This document shows positions 1 through 9,824 of a stretch of 64,000 bases of DNA, one piece after another. The DNA is taken from IMG/VR virus record IMGVR_UViG_3300045988_175028. One strand, given 5' to 3'. The translations under genes and the position numbers were made by a program. Source of the DNA: a virus. The notes under the pieces were generated by a model. That model ran no database searches and was not told where the DNA came from. It saw nothing but the letters and a program-made list of their open reading frames with translations. Every line of letters starts with the position of its first letter. Position 1 is the first letter of the stretch.

Positions 1-2
1 AT

Positions 3-1571
3 CAAAATGGAATCTTTAAACTTAATACTGGTAGTAATGAAACTATTTCTTATACAGTTAGTAAAAGTTTAAACCAAAAAGAAACAAAAATCTTCTATGA
101 TGTAACTATAATTTCAGATTTAGTACCTGGTCAGAGTTATGACTTTTTCCCCACTTTACAGTTAGCTGGTCTGACAAGTTCCGCCTTGGTGTCTCGACGC
201 CGGACTCCTGTATTAGACCCAACCCCTTCCTCTGGAAGCACTTTGTATATCAAACCTTTTACAGATGGATGGGATAAAATAAATAATAAGCCATCTCTTT
301 CTTCTAAAAAAATTAGTATATCCAAGGGAACTTTCACCAATAATGAACTTACTAAGTTTTATAGCTATTATAATATTGATGAAAATAATAAAGAATGGTG
401 GAAATCAGTAATTATAACTCCTGATGGCAAAGAGGTTGACGTTACGGATTTAGTAAAAGGAGGCGCGTTAAGTGGGGATTATTATGAAAGAAATTTTGAA
501 ATAACTGGAAGCGAAGACCCAGATACCTCTGAGCCTAAATCAGGTTTTTTTGATATACTTCCTAATGGTTTTTCTAAAACGGGGGTTCTAACTTGTGTTT
601 TGAAAAACACTATCACAAATAGATTTGGACAAACTATTTCTAAGCAATCTTCAATCGTAACCTTAGATTTCAATGAAAATCCCGAAGTTATAAGTTTAAT
701 TCGAGAGGGAAATAATGATATTTATTTATACGAAGAATATAGATTACGATTGACTTATACTATAAAGACTTTTTCTTATAATAAGCTTATTAGATATTCT
801 TGTTTAATAAATCGTAAAGATGGGAAAGGATTCGTTTCTTATGGTAATGAAGGAGATATAGAAGACAATAGCCCTTCTCCAAAATTTGGTATAGGTAGAA
901 TTTTTACTAACACTATTGAAGTTACGATTAGTGAGATTCAACAATCTGGGGAATGCTACTTCAATATGATTTTTTATGATGGAGATTCAACGATATATAG
1001 CACTAAAAAGGCTATATCATGTCAAAGAATAAAATTTGCTCCTCCCACCATTTCATTTGATAAAGCTACTTATATAAGTGAGGGAAATACTCTTCCAGGG
1101 AAAGTAAATTGTCAATATAGTATTATTGATTGGGGATATGATAGTAGTCAAGAAAAACTTTTTAGTTCCAAAAGCTTTATATTAAAACTAAATCTTTCTA
1201 AGTATGAGGAAACTGAAAATACTGCCAACACAATTTTTCCACTTACCAAAAGAATTATTGATTTCGAAATTGGTAGATTGACCTTAACTACAACAATAAC
1301 CTATAATGGTCAATCTATTGAAAAACATTCTACCTCAAATGACCTCATAATCTACGGCATCAATCCGACTATTGCTTATCGCCAAAATTACTTAGGAATA
1401 AACACTTCTACTCTTCAAGATGATTCGATAATAACAATAGCTCCAACCTCAGGAAGGAATATTATCTATCTTCAAAAAGTAGGTTCTGCCGATACTTTTA
1501 AAATAAACTTAGCAACCGGTGCTTTAGAAGGTTTTAATATTGATTGTGGTGAAATCACGAATAAAACTTGA
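3..1571 (+). CDS. hypothetical virion-associated protein, 5' end outside window
   Basis: The frame of listed ORF 186..1571 stays open back to nt 3, so the gene enters from upstream. No recognisable motif. Confidence 0.55.
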   Translation, partial: QNGIFKLNTGSNETISYTVSKSLNQKETKIFYDVTIISDLVPGQSYDFFPTLQLAGLTSSALVSRRRTPVLDPTPSSGSTLYIKPFTDGWDKINNKPSLSSKKISISKGTFTNNELTKFYSYYNIDENNKEWWKSVIITPDGKEVDVTDLVKGGALSGDYYERNFEITGSEDPDTSEPKSGFFDILPNGFSKTGVLTCVLKNTITNRFGQTISKQSSIVTLDFNENPEVISLIREGNNDIYLYEEYRLRLTYTIKTFSYNKLIRYSCLINRKDGKGFVSYGNEGDIEDNSPSPKFGIGRIFTNTIEVTISEIQQSGECYFNMIFYDGDSTIYSTKKAISCQRIKFAPPTISFDKATYISEGNTLPGKVNCQYSIIDWGYDSSQEKLFSSKSFILKLNLSKYEETENTANTIFPLTKRIIDFEIGRLTLTTTITYNGQSIEKHSTSNDLIIYGINPTIAYRQNYLGINTSTLQDDSIITIAPTSGRNIIYLQKVGSADTFKINLATGALEGFNIDCGEITNKT

Positions 1572-1618
1572 CTTCTTTCTAATTTTATTATATAATAAAA
1601 TCAAAAGGAGGCAGATTT

Positions 1619-2002
1619 ATGAAAATTACAATTTCCCAACTAATTTCAACTCTAAATATTGAAAAAGAGCTTTTGCCCCAAAAGCTTCCAATTCGTACTG
1701 CTTATAATCTTTCAAAAATCTTCGCACGAGCGCGCGAGGAGCTAGAATTTTATCAAGAGAGATTTAAAGAAATCGTAACCCAATACGGCGAAAAGGATGA
1801 AAATGGAAATCTTATCTTTTTAGAAAATGAAAATGTTTCTATTCCAAAGGATAAGATAGAAAAATGTCAAAAAGAAATTACTGACCTTCAAAACCTAGAA
1901 TTAGAAATTCCAGACTATTCCATTTCTCTAGACAGCTTAGAAGCTATAAAGATTTCTCTTGATGAAATTTCTGTATTACTACCATTTATTTGTGAAAAAT
2001 AA
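1619..2002 (+). CDS. hypothetical protein
   Basis: ATG follows AAAGGAGG. A hairpin plus T-run terminator lies downstream. Confidence 0.6.
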   Translation: MKITISQLISTLNIEKELLPQKLPIRTAYNLSKIFARAREELEFYQERFKEIVTQYGEKDENGNLIFLENENVSIPKDKIEKCQKEITDLQNLELEIPDYSISLDSLEAIKISLDEISVLLPFICEK

Positions 2003-2014
2003 ATAAAAAGTTAC

Positions 2015-2066
2015 GCCTGCTTTTGATTGGTTATTAGAACTTATTAAAAGCAGGCTCTTTTTATTT
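2015..2066 (+). terminator. intrinsic terminator
   Basis: GCCTGCTTTT (2015-24) pairs with AAAAGCAGGC (2046-55), followed by TCTTTTTATTTT. Confidence 0.6.
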
Positions 2067-2120
2067 TGGAATAAGAATTTTTTAATCACTTATAAATAGA
2101 GAAGAAAAAGGAGGGATAAA

Positions 2121-2462
2121 ATGGCAGGATATAATCCATATGCTACAAATTCATATCAAGGAACCCAGATGTTTCCACAACCTCAAGGAAATGTTTATAC
2201 TCTAAATAATTCAATGGAAATTGCCAACATACCAGTTAGTGGCGGTATTTCAGTTGGTATCTGTCCAAGTGAAAATCTTATGTATATAAAAGCTATGGTC
2301 AATGGCGCTCCATCTTTAATGGTATATACAATTACTCCTTGTGAGACAAAACAAAATTTACAAAATGATGAAGTTTCTTCAAGATTAGAAAGACTTGAAA
2401 ATCAAATTGAAGAAATCAAAAAACTATTAGGTGGAGGAGGCAAATTAAAAAATGAACTCTAA
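2121..2462 (+). CDS. hypothetical protein (Q/N-rich N-terminus)
   Basis: AAAGGAGGG RBS. Overlaps the next ORF start. Confidence 0.6.
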   Translation: MAGYNPYATNSYQGTQMFPQPQGNVYTLNNSMEIANIPVSGGISVGICPSENLMYIKAMVNGAPSLMVYTITPCETKQNLQNDEVSSRLERLENQIEEIKKLLGGGGKLKNEL

Positions 2463-2670
2463 TATGTTATCAGCTTTGATGAATATGGGCCACAACCAAT
2501 CCCAAACTCAAACTCAAATAACTCCTCCAATTGACCCCGAAAAGATGAAACAAATGATACCAAATTTGACAAAAGAAAACCTTGTCCAATTAGTTCAACG
2601 GGCTCGTTTGCAAGGAATACCCGAAGACCAAATCGAACAAGGTCTCAACTTTATATTAAGTTTAAAATAA
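2452..2670 (+). CDS. hypothetical small protein
   Basis: Start overlaps the upstream stop region. Same strand as the surrounding block. Confidence 0.5.
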   Translation: MNSNMLSALMNMGHNQSQTQTQITPPIDPEKMKQMIPNLTKENLVQLVQRARLQGIPEDQIEQGLNFILSLK

Positions 2671-2719
2671 CTTTTGCGTCCGGGGCATAAGTTATAATAA
2701 ATAAATGGAGGAATAAAAA

Positions 2720-3418
2720 ATGATGAATGAAGGACTATCCGCAGGTGATATCCTCGCTCTAACTCGCGACCAAGATGGAATGGGTAATGCATGGAATAAC
2801 CCTTTTATCTATCTCGTCTGGTTGGCTCTTCTTGGTGGTAATGGAGGTATTTTTGGCAATCGGGATAACGGAGCTCTTCAGAGTTCTCTAACCCGTTCTG
2901 ACCTTTTCGAAGGCTTCAACAACCAGGATGTAAATAGTCAGTTACGTGGTATCACTAATGGCGTATGTGATGGCTTTTATGCTATCAATAGTGGACTAAA
3001 GGATGGTTTCTATGGTAATCAAGGTGCTATGAAAGATGGCTTCTATGGTATCCAGAGCGCGCTAGCTGAGAACCGTTTTGCACAGCAAAATTGCTGCTGT
3101 GAAATTAAGGGTGGCATTAAAGATCTTTCTGCCGAAGGTTATCGTAATACCTGCGAAATCACAACCGCCATCCATGCCGAAGGCGAAGCTACTCGTGCTT
3201 TGATTAATTCCAACACTATGCAGGAATTACGCGATAAGTTAGCTGACCGTGACCGTGAACTACAAACTGCCAATTTCCAGCTATCTCAGCAAACTCAGAC
3301 TGCTGCTCTAGTCGGAACCCTACGTCCATTCCCTCAGCCCGCATATATTACTTGTTCCCCTTATCAGTCCGCCAACGGAACTTGTGGTTCAAGCTATAAT
3401 TGCGGATGCGGTATCTAA
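2720..3418 (+). CDS. hypothetical Gly/Cys-rich protein with KDGFYG repeats
   Basis: GGAGGAATAAAAAATG RBS. Repeated DGFYA/KDGFYG motifs and a Cys-rich C-terminus. Confidence 0.6.
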   Translation: MMNEGLSAGDILALTRDQDGMGNAWNNPFIYLVWLALLGGNGGIFGNRDNGALQSSLTRSDLFEGFNNQDVNSQLRGITNGVCDGFYAINSGLKDGFYGNQGAMKDGFYGIQSALAENRFAQQNCCCEIKGGIKDLSAEGYRNTCEITTAIHAEGEATRALINSNTMQELRDKLADRDRELQTANFQLSQQTQTAALVGTLRPFPQPAYITCSPYQSANGTCGSSYNCGCGI

Positions 3419-3463
3419 TTTTCTTTTACCGTGAATACATATCCGTATCGGAGGTAAATAAAA

Positions 3464-3880
3464 ATGATTGATAGCTATTCAAATACTTCTCAAGAGGTTG
3501 TGGCTGGAGGCAATATTTCCTTTGCCATAAACAGTATTCAGACTGGGTGTACTGCAACTCATAGCGCTGGCAGTACTACTTTCTCACTAAACAAGCCTGG
3601 TTTCTACTTCATAACATTTAATGGGACAGGTGCTATTACTGGAGCGACTGCAGGTACGATAATTGTCTCTATGTTGAATAATGGAACTCTCGTTCCTGGG
3701 GCAACTGCTAGTGTTTCTTCTGCTTCAACAACCGATGTGCGTAGCTTAGCATTCTCCAAACTCATCCAAGTAAAACCTTCTTGTTGTGCTGTAAATAATA
3801 CCACTAATCTAACCTTCAATAATGCTGGCTTGGCTGCAACTTTTACTAATGTAAATGTTGTAATAACTAAAGTAGCATAA
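3464..3880 (+). CDS. BclA C-terminal-domain-like (C1q/TNF-like) protein
   Basis: The roughly 138-aa Ser/Thr/Ala/Gly-rich beta-type sequence (GFYFITFNGTG...NVNVVITKVA) resembles exosporium BclA-CTD-like proteins. Judged from memory of that family. Confidence 0.4.
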   Translation: MIDSYSNTSQEVVAGGNISFAINSIQTGCTATHSAGSTTFSLNKPGFYFITFNGTGAITGATAGTIIVSMLNNGTLVPGATASVSSASTTDVRSLAFSKLIQVKPSCCAVNNTTNLTFNNAGLAATFTNVNVVITKVA

Positions 3881-3892
3881 GGAGGCATAATT

Positions 3893-4198
3893 ATGGTAAA
3901 ATTCAAAGCATTATATAAGGGAATGAACGACGACCTAAAAGATGCAGAAATGATGATTGACTATGCTTATGAAATCAGTAAACATGAAGAGGACAAAGCT
4001 TTAGCAGATGAAATCGCAAAATACGCTCAATACCGACTAGAACATTTCATGAATTTCCATAAACTATTTGAAAATGAAGCTTCTAAAGAAAAGAATGTAG
4101 ACAAAGAAACCGTTTCAGAATGTATGTGGCATGAAACCCATGAAATGTTCCAGCACTGGTATGACGATATTGAACGAAAAATAAAGAAGTATTCCTAA
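3893..4198 (+). CDS. hypothetical acidic helical protein
   Basis: AGGAGG RBS. Ends at a bidirectional terminator. Confidence 0.55.
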   Translation: MVKFKALYKGMNDDLKDAEMMIDYAYEISKHEEDKALADEIAKYAQYRLEHFMNFHKLFENEASKEKNVDKETVSECMWHETHEMFQHWYDDIERKIKKYS

Positions 4199-4203
4199 CT
4201 ATA

Positions 4204-4239
4204 AGAGAGGAGGGCTTTATTGCTCTCCTCTCTTTTATT
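4204..4239. terminator. bidirectional intrinsic terminator between convergent genes
   Basis: 9-bp stem AGAGAGGAG/CTCCTCTCT with T-runs on both strands. Confidence 0.7.
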
Positions 4240-4963
4240 CCCAATTTACGACTTCAACTTTTTTATAACAAGTTTCACTTATATATTTTCCAATTCCGAC
4301 AGCATCCGCTTCATCTTCAGTAAGACTTACGTCAAACCAATCTTTTGCCAGTTGGCGCATTGAACGCTTTTTATCAGATCTTGAACGTCCTTTCACTCCG
4401 CAGTGAGCGCGCCATGTATTTGTTGGTGCAATTTTGAAAGGAACTCCCAAATCAAAACAAGTCTCCATTAGAATTCCTTGAAGACGGGCTAGGGTCTCAA
4501 AAGTAGTCACACCCATTTTCTCTTGATATTGAATACCCTCGATTCCAACAAAATCTATACTAAAAGTTTTTATAATTGAAACTAACCATTCTTTTATGAT
4601 GTGGTCTCTAGCAATTTCTTCTAAATCAGTGGAAGCACTAAAAATACCATATTTGATGAGTTTTTTATCATCATAGATAGAAAAGCCCGAAACTTTTGTT
4701 GCCTGGTCCAATCCTAATATCCTAAAAGTATCTTTTTTTTTAGGGATGGCTTTTAAAGCTGAAGAAACCAGTGGATTTTCTTTACATAAAGGGCAGTCGC
4801 GCCGAGTACGAATTTTTTTCCAAGGAGCGAAAACATGGTGTCCTTCATTACAGGTATATTCGAGAATTTCGTCTAAATTATGGTACTCGGTAGAAACTAA
4901 ATTCCACCCATCTTTAGACAACTCTGTTTTTATATCTTCTATTTGAATTTTTGCCAATTTCAC
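4235..4963 (-). CDS. RuvC-like Holliday junction resolvase with N-terminal Zn-ribbon
   Basis: ILGLDQATKVSGFS, FVGIEGIQ and EDEADAVGIG acidic motifs in RuvC order. CxxxH...CPLC at the N-terminus. Confidence 0.6.
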   Translation of the reverse strand: MKLAKIQIEDIKTELSKDGWNLVSTEYHNLDEILEYTCNEGHHVFAPWKKIRTRRDCPLCKENPLVSSALKAIPKKKDTFRILGLDQATKVSGFSIYDDKKLIKYGIFSASTDLEEIARDHIIKEWLVSIIKTFSIDFVGIEGIQYQEKMGVTTFETLARLQGILMETCFDLGVPFKIAPTNTWRAHCGVKGRSRSDKKRSMRQLAKDWFDVSLTEDEADAVGIGKYISETCYKKVEVVNWE

Positions 4964-4973
4964 CCACTTCCTA

Positions 4974-5876
4974 TTACTTTAGTCCGGTAGAACCGAAACC
5001 TCCATCAGCCCTTTCTGTATCTTCCATAACTTTATTTACCAAATAAAAATTAGCTTTAGGAACTTCGGCGAGGACTAACTGGGCAAATTTCTCACCCTTA
5101 TGAATATAATGGTCTGCGCCATGTAGGATGGAAGTAATAATAGGATGGCCATTATCATCAAATTCATAAGTAATATCTTGAATGGGGGCCTCCACATTTT
5201 CAATAATAACACAGACTTCTCCGCGGAACCCTGCGTCAATAGTTGCAGGAGTATTTGCGACTCTTAGCTTTGTTTTTAGACAACGACCACTTTTAGGACG
5301 GATTTGTAATTCATAACCATTAGGAATAGCAAATTTTAGACCAGTAGGAATTAGCTTTGTTTCTCCGGGATGGATAGTATAGTCTTCTAGTGCATATAAG
5401 TCCATTCCACTGTCATCTATATGTGCATATTCAGGCATCCGGACCCCTTTTCGGCACTTCTCATAAGGAATTTGGATATACTTTTTAGCAATTCCTTGAG
5501 TTTCACTGATGCAATTAGCTAATCCATTAGCCAGTTGCTTCAGAAAATCCTTCTTTTGGGCAGAGAAACCTTCTAATGTATCAATCTTTTGGCCTAATTG
5601 GGCAAAATTCTGAATCATATCCTCAACAGTAGCTCCATTAGCATTTATTGCTTGGGCAAAAAGCAAACGAGTATTTGCATTATTCAAACTTCGTAGGTAG
5701 CTATCTAAAACACCAGGAGCTAATAAAGCAAATTTATCTTCGGGAAGATTTAATAGCCCGCCAATTGCTTCAAGGGTATCTTCTTTACCAGAAAGTTCTC
5801 CTATTATAGAAGATAGTTGATGAACGTCTTCTTTGGTAATTTTTTTTTGGGTAGAAAAATCAAATATCTCAGCCAT
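4974..5876 (-). CDS. dut: dUTPase with roughly 150-aa N-terminal extension
   Basis: DDSGMDLYA, IRPKSGR, TIDAGFRGE and GGFGSTG motifs. Confidence 0.85.
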   Translation of the reverse strand: MAEIFDFSTQKKITKEDVHQLSSIIGELSGKEDTLEAIGGLLNLPEDKFALLAPGVLDSYLRSLNNANTRLLFAQAINANGATVEDMIQNFAQLGQKIDTLEGFSAQKKDFLKQLANGLANCISETQGIAKKYIQIPYEKCRKGVRMPEYAHIDDSGMDLYALEDYTIHPGETKLIPTGLKFAIPNGYELQIRPKSGRCLKTKLRVANTPATIDAGFRGEVCVIIENVEAPIQDITYEFDDNGHPIITSILHGADHYIHKGEKFAQLVLAEVPKANFYLVNKVMEDTERADGGFGSTGLK

Positions 5877-6093
5877 CTAATTCCTCCCACAACTCTCCAA
5901 AAATTTCAGTTATCTTGACGAGCCATAGCTCACCGATAATCTCACCTTTGGCCTTTTTTGTCTTATAGGTATATCCTGCTGAACCAATAGTAAATCCTTT
6001 CTCACGAGCATCCTTTCGATAATTTTCAATTACTTGCTTAGCTTCTTCTTCTGTAAAACAAATAATCTCTGTTGTTTCTTTATAAGTTCTCAT
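5869..6093 (-). CDS. hypothetical protein
   Basis: Overlaps neighbours in an operon-like chain. Confidence 0.45.
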   Translation of the reverse strand: MRTYKETTEIICFTEEEAKQVIENYRKDAREKGFTIGSAGYTYKTKKAKGEIIGELWLVKITEIFGELWEELDG

Positions 6094-6102
6094 ATACTCT
6101 CC

Positions 6103-6342
6103 TTAGTCTTTTACATCAATATTTAAAGAAGTAAGATTATTTTTATCAATTGATGTTGATGAATTGCTTGTAGTAATTGTAGAATAATAGTAAGGTGTGG
6201 TTGTAATATTAGAACCATAAGAAATAGTATAGCTATCTATTTTACCTTCATTATAAACTTCATTCAGTAGTTTTTGAAGCTCTTCTTTCGTAAATTCTAT
6301 CTTACCCTTTTCATTATGAGGGAATACTCTAATTTTAGTCAT
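6103..6342 (-). CDS. hypothetical protein
   Basis: GGAGAG RBS. Part of the operon chain. Confidence 0.45.
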   Translation of the reverse strand: MTKIRVFPHNEKGKIEFTKEELQKLLNEVYNEGKIDSYTISYGSNITTTPYYYSTITTSNSSTSIDKNNLTSLNIDVKD

Positions 6343-6943
6343 TATTACTCTCCTTCTGTGTTAATTCCATAAATCTTGGTAGCGTCTCAATCCAATTACA
6401 AATCATTTGCCAATCGGGTAGGCGATGATGACGTCGTTGCTGATAGATTGTTTTTAATTGCTGATAATTTGTTGTCATTCCGGCTGTTAGCTCAAAACCC
6501 ATTGGAATATTATAAAGAATTTCGATGTATTTTTCTTCCATAAGTTTTTGAATTTCTTTTGTTTTTTCTTTTAAAGCAGATAGTCTATTATATTCGTCAA
6601 TCTTTTCTTGGCAAATATCAATAATTCGTTTATCTACATAAGCATTACATTGCTTTCTTAGAGAGAATTTTACAGCCTTATGCATCTTGCTTTGACTTGA
6701 ATTAATCTCGAACCAATGATACCGTTCTGCTTGCATCCAGGCATTTTGGCTAATTGTTAAATCAAACTGGACAATAATTCCTTTTAGAGCGTTATCATGT
6801 CCCTGTCCAGTTGGACAAGTTAAACACGCCCTAATACCAGGAGTAAGCTCACTATTCAATTTTTCAATATCGATAGCCTTTGGATATTTAGCAGTTTTGA
6901 TTGCTCGTTCAAGACCATACACTTGGGTATTTTCAATTTTCAT
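6335..6943 (-). CDS. ThyX-like (flavin-dependent thymidylate synthase fold) protein with divergent signature
   Basis: ISQNAWMQAERYHWFEINSSQSKMH aligns to the ThyX RHRxxSxxxxSxRY region but reads RYH...SQSKM. A second RRHHR lies near the C-terminus. Confidence 0.4.
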   Translation of the reverse strand: MKIENTQVYGLERAIKTAKYPKAIDIEKLNSELTPGIRACLTCPTGQGHDNALKGIIVQFDLTISQNAWMQAERYHWFEINSSQSKMHKAVKFSLRKQCNAYVDKRIIDICQEKIDEYNRLSALKEKTKEIQKLMEEKYIEILYNIPMGFELTAGMTTNYQQLKTIYQQRRHHRLPDWQMICNWIETLPRFMELTQKESNND

Positions 6944-7463
6944 TTTTTACCTCCCTAAAAATTAGGTCTTTTGGTAAAAAGTTTTTACAAATATAAATAC
7001 TAGCAAAAGCAACTCCTTTTACCATTTTTGTCATTTCTTTATCTTGATAAAAATTTATCCTTTTATCAAAAATAAGGGCTTGACAGTTCTTTAAATAAGG
7101 GAATCTTTTTTGTCCCTGAAGACTGGGTAAGGGCAATAAAATGGCAAAAGGTTTTCCTAACTCATCTAGTCTCTTTAGAATTTCATCTTTACAAGAAAAT
7201 GGAGGGTTAGAAATTATAATATCATACTTTGGAGGTTCAAAGAAAAAGAAATTTTCTCCATTATCAATATGAGAATAAATAACTTGAAAACCTTTTTCTT
7301 CAAAAATTTTGACATATGCACTATCTTTAGTATCAAAAGGGCACCAAATGATTTTTCCTTTTGGGAGAAATTCTAAAAGAGGCCTCACTGCTTCTACTGG
7401 AGTAAAATATTCATCAGATTGTTTATTCGTTTTCGCGGTTAGATATCCTTTATTCTGTCCCAT
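6933..7463 (-). CDS. small N6-adenine DNA methyltransferase
   Basis: IIISNPPFS motif IV and EYFTP motif. Start moved to ATG 7463 (GGAGG upstream, TAATG stop/start overlap with the upstream ORF). Confidence 0.7.
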   Translation of the reverse strand: MGQNKGYLTAKTNKQSDEYFTPVEAVRPLLEFLPKGKIIWCPFDTKDSAYVKIFEEKGFQVIYSHIDNGENFFFFEPPKYDIIISNPPFSCKDEILKRLDELGKPFAILLPLPSLQGQKRFPYLKNCQALIFDKRINFYQDKEMTKMVKGVAFASIYICKNFLPKDLIFREVKNEN

Positions 7464-7880
7464 TATACCTCCACAATTTGATAAGAACACCCATCAACAG
7501 AATTTATATATTGTAAAACATCTTCATATTCCGGTTTTTTAAACCAATCATTTAGGAGATAAATATAACTAACTTTTTCAATTCCTAAACTTTTGGCTAT
7601 TTTTCTATATTGCGAAATTTTGAAGGCACAGGTTTGAAGTTTTTCGTCAACAGAGCCAGCTACTTTTTGAAATTTCTTTTCATAAATTTTTAGCTCATCG
7701 TTTACTAGGTAAGCTTCATCAGGTAGAAGTTTCTTTGAAATAAGGCTCTTCCAATCAATTTTTAGTTCCTTTAGGTACTGATAAAGCTTATGCTTTGAAA
7801 GATCAATGCCTTCTTTCTTGGCACAACAAATCTTTTCCCCATTTCAGACCATTAGAAGTATCTCTCGGGGCATTAGTCAT
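7463..7880 (-). pseudogene. frameshift-interrupted ORF of unknown function
   Basis: ATG at 7880 opens a 25-codon frame. The +1 frame then stays open for about 125 codons with no Met, ending at TAA 7463-65. The switch must fall near GGGGAAAA (7833-7840). Confidence 0.5.
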
Positions 7881-7883
7881 TTT

Positions 7884-8300
7884 TTAAATCCTTCTTTCTT
7901 TTACAAAATCTCCATCTTCATCAATAAAATAAATATTTCTAATTCCCAAATCTTTTATCAATTTACTACACGCAGGACAAGGGCGAGAGCACGCTCTCTC
8001 ACCCGTTTTCAATTTTCTATAAGTGTAAATAGAAACATCTTTCCATTCTATCTCCTTCCCAATCAATGGAGACAAAGCTGAAATTTCTGCGTGTTCACAA
8101 GAATTGGAGTTTTTATAATCTTCAAAATTACGATACTTATTATAGTAAAATTGAAGAGGACGAGTTTTTGTAGAATTACAAGAAGCAGATAAAATTCTCT
8201 TCCCACTAACAACTACCGCGCCGACTCTTGCCCTATCAAAATTAGAAAGTCTACACATTTGTTTAGCGATATTGAAGAAACTTTTTTCTCTATGAGTCAT
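7884..8300 (-). CDS. dCMP deaminase
   Basis: CEHAE and PCPACSKLI zinc-binding motifs. Confidence 0.8.
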   Translation of the reverse strand: MTHREKSFFNIAKQMCRLSNFDRARVGAVVVSGKRILSASCNSTKTRPLQFYYNKYRNFEDYKNSNSCEHAEISALSPLIGKEIEWKDVSIYTYRKLKTGERACSRPCPACSKLIKDLGIRNIYFIDEDGDFVKERRI

Positions 8301-8358
8301 TCTATCAGCTCATCCTTTCTTTTTACTATAATAAGTATATCATAAAATTATTCTTTTT

Positions 8359-9627
8359 TCAAATTTTTCTTTGGTCGAGCTCTCGTATAATCTTATCTAT
8401 ACTATGAGCGACTGCGATGAATTGAATTGCATTCCAACCTTTTGTAGTCATTGCCGCGCACCCAATTCGTAGGCCAGAAGCTTCCATAGGAGAGCGTTTT
8501 TCATTTGGAACACAATTTTTATTTAGGGTAATTTTGTGTTTATCAAGTTCTTCTTGGACCTCGCGACCTGTGAGATTAGGGAAGTTTTTTGTAAGGTCAA
8601 TTAGAAAAAGATGATTATCTGTTCCGTCTGTAATTACTTTATAGCCCATTGCTTTAAACTCATTACACATTATCCAGGTATTATAAAGAACTTGGAAGAT
8701 ATATTGCTTAAATTCCTGGGTTAAAGCTTCTTCTGCACAGACCGCTTTTCCTGCAATGATATGCATTAAAGGCCCTCCTTGGTTGGTCGGAAAGACAGCT
8801 CCGTCTACTTTCTTTGCCAGTCCTGGCTTACAAAAGATTAATCCTCCTCTCGGTCCACGCAAAGTTTTATGAGTGGTTGTAGTAATAATATCAGCTAGGC
8901 CAAAGGGAGAGGGGTGATGTCCAGCAGCAATAAGTCCCGCGATATGTGCTATATCAACCATAAAGTATGGGCGGTAATTATTCTTTCGTTCAACTAATTC
9001 TTCTAACTGAACTGCATCAATAATATTTTTTATTCTTTTAAAATCAATAATACGACTATATGCACTTGCCCCAGCGAGAACCATCTTCGGATGATAGTAT
9101 CGAAGTTTTTTTTCTAAATCTTCGTAGTCGATAAAACCATTTTCATCGACGCCGTACTCAACTCGATTATAAATTTTTCCACTAATACTAGCTGGGCCAC
9201 AATGCGAGAGATGGCTTCCATTTTCCAAGCTCATGGCTAATACTGTATCGCCGGGTTCCAATACTGCACAATATGCACTAAGATTTGCTTGCGTCCCACT
9301 ATGAGGTTGTACATTTACATGATAGTCAGTTTCAAAAACTTCTCTCCACTTGTCACAACAATACTCTTCAAGTTTATCTACTGTCTGACAGCCGCCATAA
9401 TATCGACCTTGACGGCCAGAATGGCGGTCAAGTTCCGGATACCCCTCGGCATATTTATTTGTTAAACAAGAGGCCATTGTTGCTCGAACAGCGTCACTAG
9501 GATAGTTTTCACTAGCGATGAGTTCGATATTTTCAGACTGACGCTGACTTTCTTCCAAAATTAATTCTGCTATAGTAGGAGAACTTTTTACTACATAATC
9601 ACAAACCGTTGTATCTAAAGAACTCAA
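8359..9627 (-). CDS. glyA: serine hydroxymethyltransferase
   Basis: ELIASENY and TTTTHKTLRGPRGG (PLP-lysine) motifs over the full length. Confidence 0.9.
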   Translation of the reverse strand: MSSLDTTVCDYVVKSSPTIAELILEESQRQSENIELIASENYPSDAVRATMASCLTNKYAEGYPELDRHSGRQGRYYGGCQTVDKLEEYCCDKWREVFETDYHVNVQPHSGTQANLSAYCAVLEPGDTVLAMSLENGSHLSHCGPASISGKIYNRVEYGVDENGFIDYEDLEKKLRYYHPKMVLAGASAYSRIIDFKRIKNIIDAVQLEELVERKNNYRPYFMVDIAHIAGLIAAGHHPSPFGLADIITTTTHKTLRGPRGGLIFCKPGLAKKVDGAVFPTNQGGPLMHIIAGKAVCAEEALTQEFKQYIFQVLYNTWIMCNEFKAMGYKVITDGTDNHLFLIDLTKNFPNLTGREVQEELDKHKITLNKNCVPNEKRSPMEASGLRIGCAAMTTKGWNAIQFIAVAHSIDKIIRELDQRKI

Positions 9628-9812
9628 CTTTCTTCCTCCTTTGCTTCTAAGTAGCCTTTCAGATGTTCATCTTTTAGAGCTTGTTGGATATTCTTCCAAG
9701 CATCTGGAAAAAGAGAACCAATCAAAAAACTAAAACTAATTTCTTCACCATCAAAATTCTCAATAACTTCTGAAATTTTTTGAAAGCGCTCTTTTGAAAC
9801 TGTCATTTCCAT
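9624..9812 (-). CDS. hypothetical small acidic protein
   Basis: Start overlaps the upstream gene end. Confidence 0.45.
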   Translation of the reverse strand: MEMTVSKERFQKISEVIENFDGEEISFSFLIGSLFPDAWKNIQQALKDEHLKGYLEAKEEES

Positions 9813-9824
9813 AACTAATTCTCC

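Noticed and set aside
137-340. GC-rich patch (GCTGGTCTGACAAGTTCCGCCTTGGTGTCTCGACGCCGGACTCC) and an antisense 67-aa ORF. Considered as a hidden tRNA or ncRNA.
   Set aside because: It lies inside one continuous + strand reading frame that is open from nt 3 to 1571. No cloverleaf or terminator could be drawn.
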